From Laetmonice hystrix (lineage: Eukaryota): a stretch of DNA of 64,000 nucleotides. The DNA is taken from positions 57,350,001-57,414,000 of the forward strand of contig OZ249436.1 of assembly GCA_965235115.1 (NCBI GenBank). The letters run 5' to 3'. A program made the translations under genes and the position numbers. Below the pieces are notes generated by a model. It saw only the letters and a program-made list of their open reading frames with translations, made no database searches and had not been told where the DNA came from. The first letter of the stretch is position 1; every line of letters starts with the position of its first letter. Positions 23,101-35,100 of this stretch are shown one piece after another.

Positions 23101-26100
23101 GACACTCTTTGAGTTCCAGAAATACTCACTCCTGTGTTTTTTCCTACTGTGTTACTCCTGACTACAGAGTGCTGAAGTGTACCTTTTATGCCTGTATCTC
23201 TGTGTGAGATTGGACTTTGGCCTGTGCTCTCATGTTTCCTAGAAAAGCGTTACCAAACTTGGTATGGAGGGGAAAGAGCAAAAGCCATGTATACATGTTT
23301 CCTTTTGAAATAAACAGTATACTTTAGTCTACATTTATATTATAAACTGGTCATTAAATGGTGTTGGGGGCGGAGGTTATTGAAAGAAAAATTTAAATTT
23401 TCATGATAGAATGAATACAATAATGGATACTATTTTGGTTGAGATTCAAAAATTAACGGTTAGTGGCTGTTTTTTTTTTGCAGGATGGTTTGACACCACT
23501 TCATTGTGCGGCACGGAGTGGCCATGACCCAGTTGAAGAAATCTTGTTGGAAAAAGGAGCGCAAGTTAACGCCAAAACCAAGGTAAGCCTTCCTATGTTA
23601 CAGGCACTAGATCTGGTGAACGATAATTATGGCGGCGTTGGCGTCTCTCCTTCGCTGACACCTGGTGGAAAGTGTGTGAAACAACATGGACCAGATCTAT
23701 GCATGCATGTACTCCATATTCAATCCAGATATTTATAGTGTCAATTTTGGGGGGGAAACCGGTTTCCCTTTTTGTATCTAAAGCGTTTTGAAAATACAAG
23801 TAGGCCTATATTTAATTGCTTATTTTTCAATTAAGATGTAAAGAAGTTTTGAGCAAACTCTCTGTTGTATGTTACAGAATGGCCTGAGCCCACTGCATAT
23901 GGCAGCGCAGGGTGATCACGTGGACTGTGCACGACTGCTGCTTTACCATAAGGCTCCTATTGACGATGTGACGGTGGACTACCTCACTCCGCTGCATGTA
24001 GCAGCTCATTGTGGCAATGTGCGCACGGCCAAATTACTCCTTGACCGCAAGTGTGAAGTCAACGCACGGGCTTTGGTAGGTGTCTGCTTGGCGAGCAGAA
24101 GTCTTCTAAAACAGTCCGTAAAAGTGACACTGATAAGTAAAAAAAGATTGAATTTTGGCAGTCAGTGTGTCGATCTGATATACTCTCGTCCCTGAAATTC
24201 CTTAACTTGAGAATAACGGTAAACCTATGAGCTAGGTTCATCAGGGAATACTGCTGAGAAAGATCCTGTAAAGAAGGGAATTAGGACCTACAAAGGTGTT
24301 GTTTACAATGTCCCAGAAATCTGTGATTTTGCTTTGTAGAATGGATTCACCCCTCTGCACATCGCGTGTAAGAAAAACCGAATAAAAGTCGTGGAGCTGC
24401 TGCTCAAGTACGGCGCATCCATCGAGGCGACCACCGAGTCTGGGCTGACTCCTCTGCACGTGGCCTCCTTCATGGGCCACATGAACATCGTCATCTACCT
24501 GATCCAACACGGCGCCAACCCCGACACCCCGACCGTGCGCGGCGAAACGGCGCTCCACCTGGCCGCGCGCGCCAACCAGACCGACATCATCCGCATCCTG
24601 CTGCGCAACGGTGCTCAGGTCGACGCCAAGGCACGCGAACAACAGACGCCATTACACATCGCGTCACGCCTTGGTAATACCGACATCGTGGTGCTGCTGC
24701 TGCAACATGGCGCTTCACCAGACTCGACCACCAAGGACAACTACACGCCGCTGCACATCTGCGCCAAGGAAGGACACGAGGAAGTCGCTGCCGTGCTTCT
24801 CGAACACGGAGCCAGCCTAAATCTCACCACAAAGGTCAGCAGATTACAAAGTGGTCTTCAGGGATTGTCAACAACTATGTCAATGGCAAAAAGGAGAGAT
24901 AATACACATTTAGAGGGTATACATTTATTGCATGGAAATGAAGAATCATTACAATGCATATTCTAAATGGCAAAATGTATTCGGCCTACAGCTCTGAACT
25001 AAAGTCAGATTCGTCTTTTTTTACGTTTGCAGAAGGGCTTCACACCGCTTCACATAGCAGCCAAGTATGGTAACATAAAAGTGGTGCAGCTGCTGCTTCA
25101 GAAAGAGGCAGACCCAAATGTGCAGGGCAAGAATGGTCTGACACCGCTCCATGTAGCAACGCATTACAACCACGTCAACGTTGCTCTGCTCCTCCTAGAG
25201 AATGGGGCTTCTCCTCATTGCACTGCAAAGGTAAGTTTGTCGTTAAGAATTCTCTCGAAAAACTTATTAAAATTAACTACGTTTTCATATAAAAAAAAAA
25301 GCTTAGATTCGCCGTCGGCTATGGGAGTATGCATTAGGACATTTTGCAAGTAAGCAGTTCGAAGAGACTGGAAGACTTTACATGTACTGAACCATTTTGT
25401 TTCAGAATGGTTATACTCCTCTCCACATTGCTGCGAAGAAAAACCAGATGGACATTGCCACCACCCTTCTGGAATATGGCGCCAAACCCAACGCAGAGAG
25501 CAAGGTATCTGACTGCAAATATTAATAGTAACACTGCAGGGCAACATACTTGTAAACAGTCTCGGACAAGATTTGGATTGTTTCGTTAACTTGTAAAAGG
25601 TTTATCCTGCCATAGATGTTTCTTATGTTATATAATGATCGTGATAACTGTATTCATGTCAGCTTGTCATAATAGACAGCTGTATTTATGTCAACTTGTC
25701 AGAATGGACAGCTGTATTTATATAAACTGGCCATAATTGAAATATACGGTAACTGCTGTCTCGGAGGGAACATTGTAGCATTTTGAGAGTCTTTGAAGGA
25801 GGCTAATAAAATGTCCTTTTGTTCCAGAATGGATTTACTCCACTTCATCTTGCGTCTCAGGAGGGCCATACCGACATGGTTTCTCTCCTCCTCGAACATG
25901 GCGCAGATGTTAATTGTAAAGCAAAGGTAAATAGAAAAGATTTTAGAGCATGCATACCTTAAGTAAACCAGCTAGGCGCAAATATTATACATGTTCTTAA
26001 ATTCATTCCTGTAGGGTATGAACGAATTAGAGGTTTTCTATTGAAAAAGGTTCTGAAGTGTGAATCTATTTGTACTATTACCTTTTCTATGGAAGATATC

Positions 26101-29100
26101 ATCGGTGGTGTTAAAACGGCCATAAGGATATTGTAAATAGTTGGACCTGAAACATAACCCAAATTATACGAGAAAGATTTAAGAAATCCAAGAGAAAGTT
26201 CATCGTCGTGGTAACGTTCCATTATGCTTGTGCATTTTGTGTGTCATGTATACTATAACATATGTACACGGACCTCTAGAACGGGCTTACACCAATGCAC
26301 CTGGCCGCGCAAGAAGACAAAGTGCCAGTTGCTGAGATCCTGGTGAAGCATAACGCCGAGATTGACCCGCAAACTAAGGCAGGATACACACCTCTCCACA
26401 CGGCCTGTCACTTCGGACAGATCAACATGATCCGCTTCCTCCTTGAGCATGACGCCTCAGTCAACGCAACCACCAAGGTAGGCAGGCAGTCAAATTATAT
26501 ATTTCCGAAATTTGAACTTACACAGACTAGATTATGTGGTTTACTGAATGCACTAAATTTCTAGCATTTCATAATTGTATGGTGGTGTGACAGAGGCGAA
26601 TGCGTTTTGATATATCGTAGTACATGTATTTGAAACGATAGTTAGGGCGTTCAAACCTAGGTGGCAGTTGTGAGTCAGTTGTGTTTTTTGTTCCAGCTTG
26701 GGTACACTCCACTCCACCAGGCGGCGCAGCAGGGCCATGTTCTAGTCATCAACTTGCTGCTCAAATACAAGGCCTCTCCAAATGCTGTCACAAACGTGAG
26801 TACCGATAGGCTTGGACCATGATTCAATCATGTAAGAACTAAAAGTTACCGCGGGCCTTAACATTTGTGCACATTAGATTAAATTTTCGTCAATAAATGG
26901 AAGTATTTTTCAAGAATAAGTTATTTGTTAAATCATTAATTATCAGACATTTGAAAAATTTGCCGTATTTTTCTTACAAAACATGACAGAAACATGATAA
27001 TATTGCTAAGAATGTGTGTGTATGGTTTTGCAGACCGGACAGACACCGCTGTCGATCGCGCAGCGCCTCGGTTACATCTCAGTGGTAGAGGTGCTGAAAC
27101 ACATCACGGAGGTGGTAGCTCAACAGGCAGCCCCAGAGGAGAAGTACAAGGTCGTGTCTCCGGAGACAATGCAGGAGACTTTGATGACGGACTCGGAGGA
27201 TGAGGGAGGTAGGTCACCAGTATACCACATCTACCACCCCGTGTGTCCTAATAGTGTGCCAAGAAATAAACATCAAACATACCAATCGAGGATGTGCTGG
27301 TTTGGCTATAATCAGATTGCTTTGATAGAATATGTGGCTTTGTTGGAAGTTGATTTTTGTACAGTACGCCACATTTTACTAATTAAAAAATAGTGTGATA
27401 TTTGAAGGCACAAGCAAAGACAAGAGGGGAAAATAGAATTTGTTGTAACGGAATTGCTAGCGTCTGGAACATGGGGCTTTAGGGGGGTAGAATATGGTAA
27501 GTGGGTTTAGATTAAAGACACATTTTAAAAGGTTGTTTTTGATGTGGCAAATACTTTTACATATGGTGTAAAAGTCGGAATTTACTAGTAAAATAGGGAA
27601 GTTGGAAATTTTGTTCTTTATTGAAAAGTTTTAATGGCAAGATTCAGGGCACGGTTTTCAGCATGCATTTTGTACAGTTTAAGAATGTGCATGTTGAAAA
27701 TGAATGTGTGCCATTGCTTGACATATATAAACCTTTACCGAAAAACACACCAGATAGCTAGCTAGTTGATCGATACACATGCCATAGTTGGTATAATACT
27801 GTAGGAAATGAATAATGCAGTAGTTTTACCCGGTAACCTTCACTAAAGTAATGTAGACAGTAGTAACGTTTATATATCATGTTGGTTACCTTGTTTCTGT
27901 TCTGTCATTTACTTTCATTTACATGGTTTTCCAAAATCTGTCCAAAATAAGTTATAATGGAAATTGCCAATTCCACAAAAGATATTTGAATAAAATTGCA
28001 TTTACCATATTTAAATTAATTAGAATTAAAACAGAATCACAGCTAGGTAATGAGTAGATTTCTCAATGACAGTGCCTCGGCAATAATCCTACACTATTGT
28101 TTATGAAATGTCTTGTATATTGTGTTGGGACCATCCTATGGCTGTGTATCAATCTGTCCCTTCCCATACCTAATATGATTTTGCCTGGCAGTCGTTCTCA
28201 TTATCCCTTTATGCTCCTCCCCAGCTGTGTCAGCACATGACTAACCCTGACAAGTTTGTCCAATTTTGTCCATCTTTGCCCATTCCCAGCGTTTTTAATA
28301 TCAGAGGACCGAGTAACTTGAGAGTTTGGATATGGAAGCGACGGAACGCCCTTCTCCTGTGTTTACAACGACTGCCGCTGAATTTTTGTGCATCATTGTG
28401 GTTTTGGGATTAAAAGAAATAGTGTAGCGTGTGATCTAACAACTATTGGCTTCGCCGAAATTCAACAACACGAAAGAGGCGTGTTCTCTGAATAAGTTCA
28501 CAGGAAATCAAAATTAATAGCATGAACAACGATGGCATGGTTTTTGAAAGGTTAACCTTTGGCACTAACATTACCCCAATGCAGTTGAAATTCTAACTAA
28601 AATACGTATCACTATATTATGCTTTCCATTCTTATTTCAAGATAAATTTCTACATGTGGCGCATGTTTCAGTTTCATGCAGTTTGGAAATTTTAAGAAAA
28701 TTAATGTAACATTAACTTCCTCTACAACGTCAGATATATAATTAAGATTATAGCCATTATACATAAAATTATGTGCACATACATATATTCATTTACCGGA
28801 TATACATAATACACATTTAAAGGCAACAGCACACTTAAAAAAACATCGCTCAAACCAGCCGTGCCGGTGCGCAGACGGTTTCCAGGTGAAAGGTTTTGCT
28901 AGGTGACGATGGAATATTGGTTACTAACCCTGTAGGTGACGAGTTATTGCCCTCTTCACCAATATTTGGTCGGCCCCTCTCGGAGCAACACATCTACCTG
29001 CCCTATTATGAGGGGGATATGATGAAACAGCGCAAGTCGGGTGCCTCACAGGAATGGGGTAATCATCATATGCACGCTGCATGCTCCGTCATTGTCCAGC

Positions 29101-32100
29101 CTCCCCAAGTATTTTACCACAAACATTACTGGTCTCCCCCCCCCCCCTCCCACTCACCCCCCCCCTCCCAACCCGACCGATATCAACTATATATATATGA
29201 AACATCGATAGTTTCAGTATTATACGTTGCTCTTATTATTAAATATGAGTTGAGTTGTATGAATGCCTTGTTGTGTCAAGACTTTGGTGATGGCGTCCAA
29301 ATAATTCGTCAGAAGAACATTGGAAGATTATGGGAACACAATTGATAAATCAAAACCATACCGCATTTCCATCATACACTTGGACAGATTTGGCCCTCTT
29401 AAAAATGTTTGGTTTCTTCATGGTTCATTGATTACCTAGCTGTGAGAACCAACTTGGTATCTACATCAACAAACCATACCAAAACTTGAGACTTTACCCA
29501 TTAGTTGGCTTTGATTTTTTCCAACCCGGCATGATTGATCGGCCTTCTTTCTCTCGAGTTTAGTATCACTGTACTTTATACCATACATTCCTTCATGGCA
29601 CTCTTTCGATTAGAATGCAGGGGTACCCAGTCAAAAATCGCTCGTATAAATTTTTATCTTACCTTCAATTTTAAAAAAGTTATCCTTGCCCTATCCCCGC
29701 CCAAGTGGCGATTCTCTATCTCGTTTTTTCCGTAAGCATGAGTAGATAGCAAATATTTTTCTAAAATTACACTTTCTGTCGGAAACTCCTCTCGAAGGGG
29801 CTTAGATTGAAAAAAAGACCCCTATCTGTATATATGAGTGGAAACTTGTTAGAAATTAGAACCGAGTGTATATCAACGAGATATTTCCTGAATTTGCTCT
29901 CTAGGTAAATCCAAATAATCCGTATTATAAAGTTCTTAAGCATTGAGTAGAGAATGCTATTCTGAGAGAATACATTGCCTGGTCTGTGTGTGGTTCTGAG
30001 GTTTTCGTGCATACCCAAAGAGAAATATGTCAAAGCGTTGTATTTCCTGCATTTAGTTTCTCAATAAGATCTGCTTACGAGTACTTCTAAGTCTTATCTT
30101 TCGGAAACCTTTTCTGGGAATATCCTACCTGCAATGAATCATGCTTTTCATTTTCTGACTTGAAAAAACTGTTAACAAATCCTTTTCTTAAGTAACGGGT
30201 TATAAACATCAAGCCTGTCCTGAAAAGGACTGTATATTGATAGGGTTATGTTGAGTTTGATGCACCATCCTGGTGTCAATTGTCAGCTTGTGTTTGGCTT
30301 CTGGCATTGCGAAGGCTTCACCCTCCTGCACCCAGTAAACCCAGCACATCGGTACGCCTCCTACCTGAACAGGTGCATGCAATTTTCATTTGTTTGACTT
30401 GACCCCTGAAAGTTTCGGAGACCTGATGAGTTCCAAAGGGTAGCAACCAGCATCTTAAAACTGAGGAAAACACACGACCTGCCTGTGACGGTTACTGCTG
30501 TCACACAGAGGCTGCCGTGTTTCAGCTTCTCTGCGTCAAGTGTAGGTCTGATCTGGCATTGGTGCGAACGATGAGGACATAGACACGGGAAGCTGAGACT
30601 CGACACTTCTGATCTAATATGATATGATTGCATGGTGATGCTACCTTGTCCTGGCGATTGCTGCTTGCAAGCTTAACAATAAACCCTGTCTGTCCATCTT
30701 GGCTCATGAAGCCTCTTTTGTAGGTGAAGACACCCTTGAGCAGTCCATGTCCATCGATGAAAAGTTCCTCATAGATGACTCCATCACACCCAAGGTAAGA
30801 AATCTTAGTCAACTTCATTTAAAGTATCAACAGAATAGCTGGTGAAACCAAACTTGTGGAGTTGTTGACATGATGGTTGAGATACTACTACTGTGGCCAG
30901 GTTTCATACTGTGCCCAGGTAAGTTCTACTTTATCTGCCGGGTGAACTCAAGGGCATATCAAGGTTGCCATGACACCATGGGTGGCAGACATGGAGACGA
31001 ATGGAAGGAGAAACCATGTCTGGGATGGGAACGGCCACTGATCGTCTGCTGCATGTTCTCAGTGAATGACAATAAAATCCTTTGGATCACATAGATGTTT
31101 GATTCAGTACAGTACCAGAAGACAATCATAGTATTGTAGTAACTGTTGTATTTCCTTTTATACTTTCAAATATTTGTGCCTTGAGTGACATTAATTTTAG
31201 TTAATCTCTTCCAGTGCCTTGTGTCGCTTGATAAAAGAAACCACTGGCGTAAATCTTTATAGTAGTTGTGTTGTATTTTAGATACTGGAGCTATACCGCA
31301 CTGTGTCTGTGTTTTATTTAGTAGCGTTCTTATTAAACGTATTGGCTAGGTCAGTGTGTTATATAGATTTGCTATTGTTCTGGCTTCTATATATAGTCAG
31401 CAGTAAACTTAGCACTTCTTTATTCTCTTATCTGTGGTTCTCTCCTTGAGTCTCACGTTTTATAATGTATGTTGTTTGGTGTTATATATATATATATGTC
31501 ACATGTTGAGCCAGCTGCATCAGTCTGTCAAGGTGCTTGCCCCTACAATCAAGCGTTACAAATGAGATCCCGCCAACGTACTACTTGGTGTAGCCATCAC
31601 CCCCGCCTGTCAAAACCTTTTCTGGCATCAGTGTGCAATCAAGCTTCTCAAGACCAGTTCATGTCACATAAACTGACTTAAAAATTTAATGAATCCGCTA
31701 TGTTCAATATCCGAAGGTCTATTGTTAGCTGCATACCTGTTAAGTTTCGGGAAATTGAAATGAAAACGTGTATGATAATCTTTGTAGCCAATTCGACTTA
31801 ATAACAACCCTTAGACACAAATAATAAAGACTGTGGTCTATTTGTGAAATCATGAACGTGTGTACCAATGCTAATCCGCTGTGGTCGGAAGCCTATTGAA
31901 TGAGGCGACTGGACTGTGAAAGGTGAACTCAACCTCTGATATAACAAGCTGTTTGACTAACCACTGCTGGACAAGTGGACCCAGCTCGGATCGCTGCCTG
32001 GCTCAAGTAACAAACTTGGACCTCACACAGTTCAAAGCAACACATTTGAAGTGTATTTTAACGCCCTCACTGACTGGAACTAGAGTGGAGACCGACTCCT

Positions 32101-35100
32101 GTTAGCAAGTCTTAACGTGACTGATCGTTTGTTCACAAACGGCGGGATTTCAAGCAGATTGAGGACTAGGTTTCCTTTTGTTTATATATTCAACCACCAA
32201 TCCTCGTAGAAAAGTTTGGAATTTATCCAGAAACAACAGGTATGTTGCACCGATGCTAGAAATCTATTCCTCCATGGCAGTTATTGTCCAGCAGGAACAT
32301 TTTAAGTCCCAAACGCCAAGGCAGACTGAGCAGCAGACTTGATAGGTGTGCACTGGTAAGCTTACTTCCCAATGGGTATTCTAGTACGACTGTTGCATGT
32401 TGCATACCCTGACCCTGTTACGTCACATCATCCTCTGGCCCCTTGTCACAGCGGTCATGTTCATTCAACCGTTATTGAGGACTTCCCACTGCCCGTTTTA
32501 GTAACATCAAGTACTTACTGATTGATGTTCAATACCAAAGCTATCCGGAAAATTTTAAACGATTTCATACATCACAGCGTTTCGTAATCTTTGACCGCAA
32601 TGTTAATTTTTGGAATTCGTCCTTGAACAGATGATTTTGTGTAATTTCTTTGAATTTCTCTTTATTAAAAATGAGTTTTGGTTTTCTCAAGTGGCCTGCC
32701 ACTGACCCAGTTTACTGAGCTGTCCCCACTCTCGTGAAGCATACTGTTGAGTGGTCTTACAAGTGACTGACCGCTGAGTGACTATGATTGGCATCTAACA
32801 GATGCTGGTGGAGGCAGCAGAGAGATGAGTGTGATGTGACTGCCGTCCGAGTTGCAGTCCATTTATTTATGTTTGGTGGCTGTTGGTGTCTGTTCAACCT
32901 AGGATGAGTTCATGTTTATGGAGCGCTTTAGTACGAACATGTCCACCTCTTCGATCGGGCCCGAGGATCACCACATGATGAGGCCTTTCAGTGATGATGC
33001 AGACTTCAGCCCAGTCTTTGCTGAACAGATGCAGGTAACAGTGGAAACTTGACCCCCCCCCCTCCAAGAAAAAGAAGAAAAGAAATCATGATTAAACTAC
33101 CCTAAATATAAGTTTTTGAAAAATCTTCGTATTTAGTATTGGTTATCTACACATCCATCCAACCACACATACTCACAGCATCATCCTATGAGAGATGTCT
33201 ATATATTATTGTAAATGAATGAGAGATGGGGGTCCCTCGTATTTGACACTGGAGGTCGAACGACCTTTACATGTGATATGGTGGTTGCTTGGGGGGTACC
33301 TTGCCTGCAGGATCACGACAGTCGCCGATAAAGGCATGTTGTCACAACGCCTCTGTAGGCACTTTGGGGGTCATGTATCATCTAGACCCTTCAAGATTTC
33401 AGCAGTCTTATTAGAGTGTTTCTGGACATACTGATTTGTTTTACATGCTAGTATTGTGTTTTATATGCTAGTATTGTGTAGATGTATAGTATATTCTTTT
33501 TGCTCTGGTAAACGTGATAATTATAATGTTTTCAAGTATAGCAGTGAGTATCTTAGATGCATAAAGTCCAGGGGAAAAAAAGATTGGTGGCATGCATATA
33601 CTTGTATAATGGTATACATTGCAACAGCAGCATTTTTGATTGTGGCTATATTATTGGATCTCTAATACCGTAAAATCTGTTTAGTTTTTGTATCTTACAT
33701 TATAATGTTATTTATAAATATAGGCGAAAAGAGATCTGTTTAAATGTCATTGAAGGGGCTCAGAAATGGTATCAATGTTTTGTGTGAGGGAGTGTATCTG
33801 AAACTGGATGGCGTGTAGATCGAGCTTATGAGAAGTTAGAATGAGAAATACTCGGCCGTGGCCCTTCCTATATAGAATGGCCTTATGAAACCTATTACAC
33901 AATATTGGTCAGCGATCAGAGAATGTTTATTTTGACTGAGTGGTTTTAATTCAATATTTTATTAGATGTTTATATATTCCAAACAACTTTCCTACAAGGT
34001 TTTTGAATGGTGACAGAGATTGTGGGTCAAGTAGTAGAATGTTTGATACCTGGTGTTTGTGTGAATGGAGGCCCAGAGATTGAGGATAGCGGTTAATACT
34101 AGTAAGATCCTGATCATCAAGCCGGACGGATCTGTCAATCTTGTTGGTGTCTAGTGCTGGGTGCAGTAGTAGAAGTGGGACAGTGACGAGGCCCGGACCA
34201 CCGTTATCGGCAGCACACAGTCGTTGGTACACTAGGGACCGGCAGCCGGTGTTCGGCACCTCATGGTGACAGAATACCCACATCATGGACTTGGCACACA
34301 ATAAGCCGTTATAGTCTCGGTCACTTACTCTTACCACGACCATAATTATCATCACTAGTTTGAATGTATATATTTCTCTGAAAGTAGTCAACCGTGTAAC
34401 TGAGAGAAACGTCCAGGATATAAGCAATTGTTGTCTTCTACTTGTCAACTAGGAGTTTAATACAACGCCTGATGTTATGGATTGGCAGGAGGAGAAGCAG
34501 CTGATGTCGTCAGTGGCGCCCCCACTATACACGGCCAAGCCGACGAGCGCGCAAGATGACCAGCGCCCGTACGGATCCTACAGTGGAATATCGTTCTCAT
34601 CAAGCTTCGACCCTGACAATGTCGCTCCCGACAGACAGCCCCTCTACTCGGGGTAGGTTCCCACGCCTTTTCTCATTCAAGTTTTCCCCCCTTCAATCGG
34701 TGGTGTCGTATGATACTAGCATGCTGGTTGGCAAATGTTGGTTATTGTCTCACTTCCTGTTGATTGTGGATGTTAATTTTGCATGATCAGAGGCACTCTC
34801 TGTTATCCATAGGTTTCAGTGAATGAAGGAATAAATTTGACCTGACATTTTAGTTACAGTGGTAAGGGGAATATGCGCTCATTTGCAGCCATGCAACTTT
34901 GATGCATGTTATTTAGGACTTTACAATATCATGCAAAGTTATATTGGAATATCAATCATACCTAAAATAAACAACAAGTTAAACAAAAGTATAAGTTCAT
35001 TAACTTGACAGTGTAAAATCTCTGTCTAGCATCGCATTCCATTCATGTACAGATATAGGGCTTATGTGGGACATGAAAATATGTCTGGACATTAAGTTGA

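Noticed and set aside
24241-24642. 133-aa antisense ORF (and similar ones at 26253, 42329, 54388, 56185)
   Set aside because: Shadow frames of ankyrin exons; high GC3 suppresses antisense stops
30420-30450. CTGATGAGTTCCAAAGGG resembling a hammerhead ribozyme core (also CTGATGA at about 7800 and antisense at about 24240)
   Set aside because: The required GAAA after stem II and stems I/III are missing
33951-34448. 165-aa minus-strand ORF and other GC-richer intronic patches (60-800, 2780-3100, 8280-8700, 16060-16420)
   Set aside because: No recognisable domain in the frames I read; probably decayed repeats, but I cannot assign them
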